Source: Octopus bimaculoides
Lineage: Eukaryota
Direction of reading: 5' to 3'
Assembly (NCBI RefSeq): GCF_001194135.2
Contig: NC_068990.1
Coordinates: forward strand, 44,727,183-44,770,102
DNA: 42,920 nucleotides
Below are positions 11,905 to 22,328 of the stretch, piece by piece (the first letter of the stretch is position 1; the number at the start of each line of letters is the position of its first letter). The notes beneath the pieces were generated by a model. The model did not search any database. It had not been told where the DNA came from and was given only the letters and a program-made list of their open reading frames with translations. A program made the translations under genes and the position numbers.

Positions 11905-12256
11905 CGTGTGGCGAAGAAGCTCGCTTTACAGCGATTCAATCCCACTGCACGATGCCTCGGGCTAGTCTTTCCTATTATAAGGATGTGCCGATCGATGCTT
12001 TGTGAGTAAATGTAGTTGACGGACACTCTGTGGAAGTCTGTCTTGTGTATGTGTATGTCTTTATGGCTGTTTGCACACACACCCCTCACTACTTGACAAC
12101 CTGTGTTGCCTTGTTTATGTCCTCGCAACTTGATGGTTCGGTAAAACAGACCGGTAAAATAAGAAGCACCAGACTTTAAAAAAATAAATACTGAATTCGC
12201 CTTTAAGGCGATGCCCCATCATGGCTGCTGTCCAATGATGGAAACAATTAAAAAAG
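11905..12256 (+). mobile_element. SINE family C, diverged
   Basis: cgattcaatcccactgcacg ... ccccatcatggctgctgtccaatgatggaaacaa matches family C. Confidence 0.7.
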
Positions 12257-12829
12257 AAAAACAGGTAAATATCAAATCCTAGAGATTGAAATATAGAAGG
12301 TATGGAATATAGGAAACAAGAGAAGTTGTGATTATTATAGGAGCGCGAAGCAAATTACAGGAGCGAAAAATCAAGGAATTGTCTGGAGAAATTTCCATAG
12401 ATAAAATTCAGTATGATACTGAGCAACGACAGAAAAGGCAGCAGTTCATATCTTCTTACCTACAATGATTGAAAGTGCTTCCTAGGTAGGTGTCAGTATT
12501 AAACTGCCAGCAATTTAATATTGGTTTTGTATACATACACAACCCCTTAGACTAGTAGTTGAAGAGTATATTCAGTTTTATGGAATCAATTAATTATATT
12601 ACTGGTACTTAGCCAACGATGAATCCACAACGTGGAATCAATCTTATTAGTTGTACTTAGCTAATGATGAAGTCACTACGTGATTGTTCGTAGACTCACC
12701 CACGTCGGAAGATGTGATTCGATAAACATTCGGTTACTATTTTTAGCAGTTCCAGCGATTGTGTAAAACATTTTTCGTTAGCTCCACAAGAGGCTATCTC
12801 TATATCAGGCGTTTTAAGTTATACAATAG

Positions 12830-13248
12830 ACACGGGGCTCGAAATTTTTATGGAAAGGGGCTAGTCGATAACATCGACCCAAGTGCTCAGTTGATCCTGA
12901 AAGAATGAAAGGCTAAGTAGACCTCGATGACATATGAACACAGAATGTAAAACCGAAACAAATGCCGCTGGGCATTTTTGTCCAGCGCGGTAACGATTCT
13001 GCCATCTCAGCACTTTAGAGAGATTATATAAATTGATTTCGAATTTTAACACAAGGTCAGAATTTTCAGGGAGGGACTAGTCGATTACATCGACACCGGT
13101 GCTCAACTAATACTTATTTTATCGAACCAGAAAAGATGAAAGCCAAACTCAACTTCAGCGGAATTTGAACTCAGAACATAAAGACGGACGAAATGCTGTC
13201 GAGCATTTTGCTCGGTGTACTAACGATTTTGTTAGCTCGCCGCCTTGA
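12830..13248 (-). mobile_element. Two tandem SINE family A copies (~12830-13012 and ~13048-13248)
   Basis: Reverse complements of the family A head (taacgattctgcc, ggaatttgaactcagaac, agctcgccgcc). Confidence 0.8.
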
Positions 13249-13451
13249 AAGAGGTAATATAAATTAAACAGTAGAATCATATGAAATACTTTTCGATGTT
13301 TTTTTTTTTTTTGTGTGTGTGTTTTAGTCGGTGGGTGAGAGTAATACTCATGACTCTTTACAGGGCTTTCGAGACTAATAAGAAGTAAGGATTGAGGTAG
13401 GCAGGGAGGGGAGAGTGGAGGAAAATAACATTTTTTCAGTCGGATACTTAC

Positions 13452-13571
13452 CTGGGTCCCATTTGTGGCGACGTCACCACTGCCCTGTACCACCGGTACT
13501 GTATTAGAAGCGTCCATGTTGGGCAGGACAAGCAATAAAGAGAGAAGGGTGATTAAAGTACCAGATACCAT
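13452..13571 (-). CDS. First coding part of exon 13452-13608 of a predicted secreted or type I membrane protein: MVSGTLITLLSLLLVLPNMDASNTVPVVQGSGDVATNGTQ (40 aa, phase-0 end)
   Basis: Acceptor ttttgattttgtttttcttttttcCAG|A at 13609/13608. Donor CAG|GTAAGT at 13452/13451. Kozak ACAATGG. Hydrophobic LITLLSLLLVL core followed by a small-residue region (MDA-S). NGT N-glycosylation sequon. Non-repetitive sequence. The frame is also open for 12 codons upstream of the ATG. Confidence 0.8.
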
Positions 13572-13646
13572 TGTTGAGAGATGGTTGTCAGGTGATCCAA
13601 AGTAAAATCTGGAAAAAAGAAAAACAAAATCAAAATAGAGAATCGA

Positions 13647-13694
<48 letters not shown>

Positions 13695-14522
13695 ATATAA
13701 AAATAAAAAGATAAAGAGAGCAATGGTAAGGTTGGAGAAGTATTTTATGGATAGAGTCTCAACCTTATATATATATATATATATGCATATATATATACAT
13801 ANNNNNNNNNNNNNNNNNNNNNNNNNNNNNNNNNNNNNNNNNNNNNNNNNNNNNNNNNNNNNNNNNNNNNNNNNNNNNNNNNNNNNNNNNNNNNNNNNNN
13901 NNNNNNNNNNNNNNNNNNNNNNNNNNNNNNNNNNNNNNNNNNNNNNNNNNNNNNNNNNNNNNNNNNNNNNNNNNNNNNNNNNNNNNNNNNNNNNNNNNNN
14001 NNNNNNNNNNNNNNNNNNNNNNNNNNNNNNNNNNNNNNNNNNNNNNNNNNNNNNNNNNNNNNNNNNNNNNNNNNNNNNNNNNNNNNNNNNNNNNNNNNNN
14101 NNNNNNNNNNNNNNNNNNNNNNNNNNNNNNNNNNNNNNNNNNNNNNNNNNNNNNNNNNNNNNNNNNNNNNNNNNNNNNNNNNNNNNNNNNNNNNNNNNNN
14201 NNNNNNNNNNNNNNNNNNNNNNNNNNNNNNNNNNNNNNNNNNNNNNNNNNNNNNNNNNNNNNNNNNNNNNNNNNNNNNNNNNNNNNNNNNNNNNNNNNNN
14301 NNNNNNNNATTCATTCACTCACAATAGACAATAATTTGTGATTTGAGCAAGATTCGGGTGAATTTAGCTTCTCTTTCTACCAATATGTCAAGCAAAGGCG
14401 TAGAAGAGTGGTCTCCAAATTTTTATTTGTTTGTTTTTTTTGGTACCACAGACCAGGAGAACGTGCACATAACAAAACACAATAGAGAATAATATATAAC
14501 TTAATTATATATATATATGTAT

Positions 14523-14721
14523 ACTCTTTTACTCTTTGATTTGTTTCAGTCATTTCACTGCGGCCATGCTGGAGCACCGTCTTTAGTCGAACAAATCGAC
14601 TCCGGAACTTATTCTTTGTAAGCCTAGTACATATTCTATCGGACTCTATTACCGAACCGCTAAGTTACGGGGACGTAGACACAGCAACATCAGTTGTCAA
14701 GCGATGGTAGTGGGGGACAGC
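14523..14721 (-). mobile_element. SINE family C, 3' half
   Basis: ttgtttcagtcatttcactgcggccatgctggagcaccg ... cagttgtcaagcgatggt. Confidence 0.85.
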
Positions 14722-14857
14722 AAAAAATCATTCTAAAATTGTATTTTAACGTAAGCGTGCCCAAACAAGTCGAATGCTTACACAGAGCAGGTTTCACAGT
14801 CACATCATCCAAACATTCAAGGTTGTGAATAGTTTTCAGGACATTCATAAAGAGAAG

Positions 14858-14905
14858 GTCTTACAGCTGTTTCCGGGAAATTTTATATATCCTTTCATCA
14901 GTGAC
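14858..14905 (-). ncRNA. Minimal type I hammerhead ribozyme motif, left arm (predicted cleavage after GUA, 14862/14861)
   Basis: GUCA-CUGAUGA-A-AGGAUAU[AUAAA]AUUUCCC-G-GAAA-CAGCUG-UA-AGAC. The stem III region is a perfect palindrome (ACAGCUGU), stem I has one mismatch, and stem II pairs 5/7. Confidence 0.6.
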
Positions 14906-15221
14906 GGTGCGAGAAAATATTTAAGTAATAGTTATTATAGAGAAGACATGAAATACAGAGTGAAGTGAAGGAATGAAAGCAAACGTGAGATACTTAGGGA
15001 TATTGTATTTGCAGTTCCATTATTTAAGCAGAATGGTGTATATATATAAGTTGGAACTCACACACAAGGTACAGGAAACTTATATATACACCATTCTGCT
15101 TAAATAATGGAACTGCAAATACAATATCCTTATGTATCTGACGTCTGTTTTCAGTCCTTCACTTCACTCTGCATTTCAGGTCTTCTCTATAATAGATATT
15201 ACTTAAACATTTTCTCGCACC

Positions 15222-15269
15222 GTCTCTGATGAAGGGATATATAAAATATCGCAGAAACAACTGTAAGAC
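15222..15269 (+). ncRNA. Minimal type I hammerhead ribozyme motif, right arm (predicted cleavage after GUA, 15265/15266)
   Basis: GUCU-CUGAUGA-A-GGGAUAU[AUAAA]AUAUCGC-A-GAAA-CAACUG-UA-AGAC. Stem I is GUCU/AGAC (4 bp), stem II pairs 6/7, and both core boxes are intact. Confidence 0.65.
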
Positions 15270-15472
15270 CTGTTCTGACAGCTATTCACAGCCTTGAATT
15301 TTTTTATCTCATTCTGTTAATTTTTATATAGATACATGCTAATACATGACCTACATTGGACTCCTCATTCGTATCATTATCGAACCTGGAGCTTAACTAT
15401 AGTCTATCCATAGCACTTACTCAGCATTACCTGACACTTTTGTGTCTTCTTGGCACCAATACTTCTCATATC

Positions 15473-15565
<93 letters not shown>

Positions 15566-15961
15566 ATGCAAAACACCCTACAAACTATGATAGGCCATAA
15601 AATAGAAATGAAATTTCAAAATTCGTTCTTTCTGTGCGGCCCGGTAATGGTCCCCAACTACGCCTAAAAACTTTTAGAAGTAGCCTCTAAGCTAAGGACC
15701 ACTATATTTGAAACCTTATCGCCATATCTTACTTCCTGCTCCACATTGTTTGCCAATTGCTTGTCTATTTATAAACACAGACCTAGAAATGGTATGGCCT
15801 AGTGGTTAAGGTAGCTGAAAGCCAGTTCTCTGTATATTCATAGCCTGCTTAGGGTGATTTGCTGCTGCTGCTGCTGCTGCTGCTTCATATCAGGTTGGCC
15901 TTGATCACCCACATTTATGATCAAAGCCATTCTAGCCATGGCTATCGCATCTTTAAAGATA

Positions 15962-16166
15962 TACGATAAGGTACTGAAAAGTTCCTGGCTTTAAGAGTAT
16001 CACGAAAGCCTAGTTGGAGGCCCAACCTTCTGAGTTTTTTTTACAGGGCTTATAAAAACTAAAAGACTGCTGCAGTAATTGTGTGAATCTGGGAGGGGGG
16101 GATATGTTGAATGAAATCATAACTGATCCTCCTGTATTTTCTTTTACTTTTCAGCACTCCTTTGTG
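15962..16166 (+). mobile_element. Mariner-derived non-autonomous element (MITE-like), decayed
   Basis: TA-cgataaggtactgaaaagttcc at the left end and cttttcagcactcctttgtg at the right end (imperfect TIRs). The interior reads QGL*KLKDCCSNCVNLGG-(fs)-YVE*, resembling the mariner transposase C-terminus (..WxKCVxxxGxYVE*). Confidence 0.7.
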
Positions 16167-16278
16167 GTTTACCTCAGCTATATTATCCAATATGTCGCTC
16201 CTTTTACTTTTTATTTTCCTTATAACACGATAGTATGATTTTAGAGACATTTAGCAGCTTTTTCCAGTAGATATAGAT

Positions 16279-16346
16279 ATATAACAGACGACACTATATA
16301 ACAGACGACACTATATAACAGACGACACTATATAACAGACGACACT
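16279..16346. repeat. Minisatellite, 4 perfect copies of 17-bp atataacagacgacact
   Basis: Direct reading. Confidence 0.95.
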
Positions 16347-16609
16347 ATGCTGGCATGCAATAGTATCGAGCGCTAAACCATGTGTTTGCAAACAAACCTC
16401 TTAATCACACAGTTATGTCTGCCAAGTGCACAATCCATGTAGTTTAGAGGAATCAAAGGAGAAAGTGTAATATTCCTACTCGTCCTATGGTTATCATAGG
16501 CCCAAATGAAGTGAATTTAAGAACAACTCAGAACCGAAATTAGATCATGGTGCACTCCGCTCCCACCAAATATTGATTTCTTAAATTGTCACAAGTTATA
16601 CATTATAGG

Positions 16610-16993
16610 GTGGAGGCGCAATTACCCAGTGGTTAGGGCAGCGGACTCGCGGTCATAGGATTGCGGTTTCGATTCCCAGACCGGGCGTTATGAGTGTTTA
16701 TTGAGCGAAAACACCTAAAGCTCCACGAGGCTCTGGCAGGGGATGGTGGCGAACCCTGCTGTACTCTTTCACCACAACTTTCTCTCACTCTTACTTCCTG
16801 TTTCTGTTGTGCCTGTAATTCAAAGGGTGAGCCTTGTCACACTATGTCACGCTGAATACCCCCGAGAACTACGTTAAGGGTACACGTGTCTGTGGAGTGC
16901 TCAGCCACTTGCACGTTAATTTCTCGAGCAGGCTGTTCCGTTGATCGGATCAACTGGAACACTCGACGTCGTAAGCGACGGAGTGCCAACAAC
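16610..16993 (+). mobile_element. SINE family B, full length, 12-bp TSD
   Basis: tRNA-like head (ccagtggttagggc...ggtttcgattccc), CAA-rich tail, TSD atacattatagg at 16598-16609 and 16994-17005. Confidence 0.92.
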
Positions 16994-18614
16994 ATACATT
17001 ATAGGACACATAATCCATTGATTCCAATATAATTCTTTGTACTATAGACACATGGTCTGAAATTTTGTGAGAGTGCAGTAGTCGATTAGATTGCCTATAG
17101 TAGAAAGGATTTATAACGCACCATTCAAATGAAAAATAAAATGCTAACACACGCCTCCGACTTGATTTGAACACATGATGCAAAAACTAAATGCTTCAAA
17201 TTTTTTTTTTATTAAAAACCTTCCCACCCCTTCCTGTGCTTTACCAATTTTGCCGGTAGCCGACCACCAAGACAGTCATCCAGCCCCAGAAATTAAAATC
17301 TATGAATTTCAAAATTAAATCCGACATTAAAGTTTAATATCATTCTTTACTTTTTTAGAATTTCTTTTAGCATTTTTGTCGTGGTTGCGGCTGCGTGGTT
17401 GGAGAGGGCTTTGTGGTTATTATACGTACATACAAACATACATACACACATACACTTTTAAAGATAAATGCAATTTTTAGCTAAATTCAGTTTTCCAAAT
17501 TGTCGTTTCGCTTAGTATAGAATTTTTGTCTGTTGTTATCTTAATTCAATTTACTTATCTCAGACGTTGCACTGGTTACATAAGTGTTTTTGAACATTTG
17601 TCTTACATTTTCTCTGACCTGCAGAAATCAAATTCGATTGTCGATCACAATAATGGCGAGACCGTTTTACAGGATTTATTTTTTCACAAGCTTACTAAAA
17701 GTTTACTAAATTGTCGAAACATGATATACTTGATGCAAGCTGTTGATAGTTGTTGTTGCCGTTGTTGCAGCGGTTGTGGTGGTGGTGGTGGTGGTGGTGG
17801 TGGTGGTCATAGCGTCGTTAGGGTAATACTGTGATGATGATGTCAGTGTGTGGTATAGTACAGGCGATAGTGGTGTCTGGTAGTGTTCCTGGTGTGTTAC
17901 TGTGGTATGTGGTAGTAGTGATGNNNNNNNNNNNNNNNNNNNNNNNNNNNNNNNNNNNNNNNNNNNNNNNNNNNNNNNNNNNNNNNNNNNNNNNNNNNNN
18001 NNNNNNNNNNNNNNNNNNNNNNNNNNNNNNNNNNNNNNNNNNNNNNNNNNNNNNNNNNNNNNNNNNNNNNNNNNNNNNNNNNNNNNNNNNNNNNNNNNNN
18101 NNNNNNNNNNNNNNNNNNNNNNNNNNNNNNNNNNNNNNNNNNNNNNNNNNNNNNNNNNNNNNNNNNNNNNNNNNNNNNNNNNNNNNNNNNNNNNNNNNNN
18201 NNNNNNNNNNNNNNNNNNNNNNNNNNNNNNNNNNNNNNNNNNNNNNNNNNNNNNNNNNNNNNNNNNNNNNNNNNNNNNNNNNNNNNNNNNNNNNNNNNNN
18301 NNNNNNNNNNNNNNNNNNNNNNNNNNNNNNNNNNNNNNNNNNNNNNNNNNNNNNNNNNNNNNNNNNNNNNNNNNNNNNNNNNNNNNNNNNNNNNNNNNNN
18401 NNNNNNNNNNNNNNNNNNNNNNNNNNNNNNNNNNNNNNNNNNNNNNNNNNNNNNNNNNNNNNNNNNNNNNNNNNNNNNNNNNNNNNNNNNNNNNNNNNNN
18501 NNNNNNNNNNNNNNNNNNNNNNNNNNNNNNNNNNNNNNNNNNNNNNNNNNNNNNNNNNNNNNNNNNNNNNNNNNNNNNNNNAAAGAAAGAAAGAAAGAAA
18601 GAAAGAAAGAGAGC

Positions 18615-18800
18615 CTCTTCTGTAGCACTCTATCAGTTACGACGACGCGGGTTCCAGCTGATCCGATCAATAGAACAACCTACTCGTGAAATTAACGCGC
18701 AAGTGGCTGAGCACTCCACAGTTTCTCAACCCTTAACATAGTTCTCAAGGAGATTCAGCGTGACACAGAATGTGACAAGGCTGGTCCTTTGAAATACAGT
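18615..18800 (-). mobile_element. SINE family B, 3' fragment
   Basis: gttccagctgatccgatcaatagaacaacctactcgtgaaattaacg ... gtgacaaggctgg. Confidence 0.85.
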
Positions 18801-19135
18801 ATGAAGTCTTTTGACATGCCTTTTCAATCTTCCAACTGACAGGTACACTTTTCCACATGTTGCACATGGTCATATCACAATTTACAAGAATTAATTCCTA
18901 TGAGATCTCTGGTGGCTGACCAGGCTTGCATGACTCAAGCATTTCCTCCCACAAATCACACACATAAAACGCAACACCCTCATTTTCCACAGGTTCATTC
19001 TTTCTAAACCTTCTCTTGATCTTCTCGTGCTTTATTCTCTCTCTTTCAAACTTCGAACAACCACTGTGCACTCTTTTCTTTCATCCATTTCGGTCTTGCG
19101 CCTCCCTCTTCCAATCAACAACTGAAACTCCTGGC
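18800..19135 (-). mobile_element. RTE-clade LINE ORF C-terminal relic
   Basis: WKREAQDRNG*KKRVHSGCSKFERERIKHEKIKRRFRK..CD-(fs)-CGRKCLSHASLVSHQRSH..CATCGKVYLSVGRLKRHVKRLH, matching the AQDRxxW and CxxCGR..GLxSHxRxH pattern of RTE ORF ends. Confidence 0.7.
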
Positions 19136-19152
19136 GAGGAGCGGGATTTTTG

Positions 19153-19198
<46 letters not shown>

Positions 19199-19233
19199 CA
19201 TACATACATACATACAGACAGACAGACAGACAG

Positions 19234-19292
<59 letters not shown>

Positions 19293-19499
19293 TGTATGTA
19301 TGTATGCATGGTTGAAGTCAACTCGTGACCGAGTAAGACCACTTCTAACTCAGAGTGGACCTGAGAACAATAATGGTTATGAGGTGATACCACGTTCCTG
19401 AAAGCCCTTGAACTCCTATACCAGAGCCCCTCTACCGCATGCAATTTAAAGTTATACCCAGGACATACATACATACATACATGATCGCTTCATTTTGAC

Positions 19500-19990
19500 A
19501 AATTGCAGCCGTCTACAATAATCTCCATTACGTCTGTGTGCTCTGAAAACCATACGACTGTGCGCCTTCAACAGGTTAAGTCTGCACGCAGAAACTTAAT
19601 AGAGAGACAAGATAATCCAGATATATTATACAACACATATTCCATCTCTAAGAATCAGTAACTGGAATCCAATTGCTACATCAACTGTCGGTTTGATTTC
19701 ACAGTGCCTTCTCTTAGACGTTTCCCCCTAACGAATACGTACAATACAGCAGCGATTTGAAAGAAGCATATTTTCACACAGTTGAATGACCGTCAGCTCT
19801 CATGGGTTCTACTGCCCTTTAACGGGTCTTGCTTTTTTTTTTTATACCGCATGGTGTTCAACACCCCCTCTTCACCAAGCTGGCTTGATGAGGTTACCAG
19901 TTTAGTTGCCGACGACCCGACCATGCAACAGGTTGTACTGTGTCACATATTATCAGTGGCACTCAAGAGTGATGTAACTAATACATCCAT
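19500..19990 (-). mobile_element. Probable RTE 5' UTR and endonuclease N-terminal relic
   Basis: Weak minus-strand similarity (LEMEYVLYNISGLS) to the APE N-terminus. Same strand as, and upstream of, the 18800-19135 piece. Confidence 0.35.
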
Positions 19991-20044
19991 TTGTTGTTTA
20001 CACCACCTGTCTACGTCTGTTGTTTTTTTCTAAATTCTCCCATA

Positions 20045-20102
<58 letters not shown>

Positions 20103-20924
20103 TATATACATGCATATATAGTGTGTACGTATATACATATATACATATATACTTATACACACATACACACTCCTATTAGTCTATCATATACAACACCATT
20201 TCATATACTATACGTCTTGTATTACAAGTGTTCTAATGCACATTTCTAATACATATATTATACAAGTCTTACCCAGCACTCATTCCATTCAAAAGCTAGC
20301 TACACAACGATTGTCTTGTATGCATGTCTGCACAGTAATTCACACGCTGTCGCAAAAGTTGACAAACCAAACAGTTCTAATTTACATTCATAGCTACTAC
20401 TGCTACTGTCGCTTGTGCAGTCATTGCAGCAGTTTCTTGTTGTCGTTGTTGTTGCTGTTGTGATGGTGGTGGTGGCGTTAGTTATTATTGCTGTCTAAAT
20501 CTGTCAACATAAAATGGCTTACTTCGCAAACGTCTCAAGTGTCTAACATATTAAAGAGCTTGGGGAGACGGAAAGAAAGAAATAGAGGAAGAGGAGTAGT
20601 AGATGGTTGACTTGGTAAAGAGGCGGAGAAAATGTAGCCAAGTGATATTTTGTTACGTCTTTTTACGTTCTCAATTGAAATCCCTCTGAGATCAATTTTT
20701 CCTTTCATTCATTCGAGGTCGACAATATTATGCACTAGTCATGTACTGAGAGCAGTCGACTGTATTCTCAGCCCCTACATGATATGGCCTCGTTCGAAGT
20801 CTACCAAACATATTATGTATGTGTCTGTGTCCCACCTCCATATGTATTATGTTTGCATAAATGTATGTAGGAACATACATAGTCTTTGTATATGTATACA
20901 TACGTGTATTTATATAAAGGATAA

Positions 20925-21270
20925 AAGAGTAAAGACCCCCTTCAGTCATGAATGACCATAGGATTACACCTAGAAAGTTCCACCCAGCAAGTCCCCACGA
21001 GTCCGAGCAAAGTTATTTATTGAAGGCCAGCACTCGCTCATGCATACCAGCCTCCCTTCTTCACGCCATTGATGTTGTCCAAAGGAAAGGCAAAAGTTGG
21101 TACAGCTTGGCACCTGTGACTTCGAAGCTCACTTTTACAGCTCAGTGAACTGAAGCAACCTGAAATAAAGTGTCTTGTTCAAAAACACAACGCACAGCCC
21201 GGTCTGGAAATCGAACTCACTACTTCATGATTATGAGCCCGACGTTATAACCACTGAGCCATGCGCCTTC
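20925..21270 (-). mobile_element. tRNA-derived SINE, family D (RTE-like 3' tail)
   Basis: Minus-strand head tgaaggcgcatggctcagtggtt...gagttcgatttccagacc, core gttgcttcagttcactgagctgtaaaa, tail cattcatgactgaagggggtctttactcttt. Confidence 0.7.
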
Positions 21271-22279
21271 ATTGTACGCATATATTTATGTGTGTGTGTT
21301 TGTGTATGCATGTGTGTATGTGTGTATATATGCATGCACACACATGTGTGTATTTTTGTATGCATGCATCTATGTCCATATGCACGAATCAGGTGATACA
21401 TGTTCAAGTCCCACGGACAGCCTTCAATTCGACATTATCTATCCAAAGAGATTTTTTTTTACCTAATTTACTATTTATAGCTTTATCTGCTTCGAGATCC
21501 ACCGATGCAAAAATGTATTATTACAACTTTTATGTTAATCTAACCATTCTAGTAACATATGTGTCCTAATAGTTTATACTTTGCCTTGAGGCTTTCAACT
21601 CCTGATGAAGTTGTAGGAGATTACATTTTGACATACAGTTTATCTTGGGTAATTTTAGACCTCTCCCAGTCTGATCACCACTGTCTCCACCTCTGATCAC
21701 AACAAGCTTCTTCCAGAAAGGAAAAGAGACAAATAGACAAAAAGAATTGCCCCCAGTACGGGAATCGTACTTTATTTATCGACAAACCTTGAAAATTGCT
21801 GCAAAATACAAAATCCTTTTCCTCCGAGAAGGGCAGTAAAACTATTTCTCTATTGCGATAGTACCTGATTTTGGTACATTTTTTGATAAAGGCATTATCG
21901 AAAAACTGGAGCTGCCAGAAATATATGAAGGTCATATTCTTATTCAATGGCGGGAATATATCTAGAATCAAGTCTAAAATCTGAGGCACAAAAAAAAACA
22001 CTTTCTTTAAATTTGTTTCCCAGCCAGTGTTACAGTCCTTAAAATATTACTCTGAATTAGTGAATATACCAGTAACTATTAGAAATTTTACTTACTGGTG
22101 GTAAGGTCACTAGTCTTCTGATGCAATATTTTAAATAGTTCTTAATGAATTCGACATAAGCCAATAAGTTACGCTTTCTTATACATGCACACTAAGCAAC
22201 AGAGTAAGGTACATACACGCGTGTGCGCACACATTCACACTCACACACAGACACATACATACATACATACGTATGTGTG

Positions 22280-22328
<49 letters not shown>

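Larger units (their letters stand above)
14815..15299. mobile_element. Palindromic (fold-back) element, probably derived from a Penelope-like retroelement terminal repeat; arms 14815-15052 and 15077-15299, 24-nt loop
   Basis: Arms are reverse complements: the inner ~55 bp are identical except for one TA unit, the next 104 bp have 12 mismatches, and the left arm has a ~13-nt insertion near its outer end. Each arm carries a hammerhead motif. The PLE assignment is inferred from the motif type. Confidence 0.7.

Noticed and set aside
9047-12460. Strong minus-strand donor-like sites at 9047, 11851 and ~12460
   Set aside because: No good upstream acceptor with an open frame. The 9047 site lies inside the Tx1 relic.
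12300-12470. Plus-strand frame ETREVVIIIGARSKLQERKIKELSGEISIDKIQYDTEQRQKRQQFISSYLQ
   Set aside because: More likely a decayed LINE endonuclease fragment (IIxGDxNA-like region) than a host exon. Too degenerate to call.
16279-16346. Repeat arrays considered as CRISPR
   Set aside because: Eukaryotic context, no unique spacers and no cas genes.
16610-16690. tRNA-like sequences at SINE heads
   Set aside because: They continue into SINE bodies and lack a complete cloverleaf, so they are not tRNA genes.
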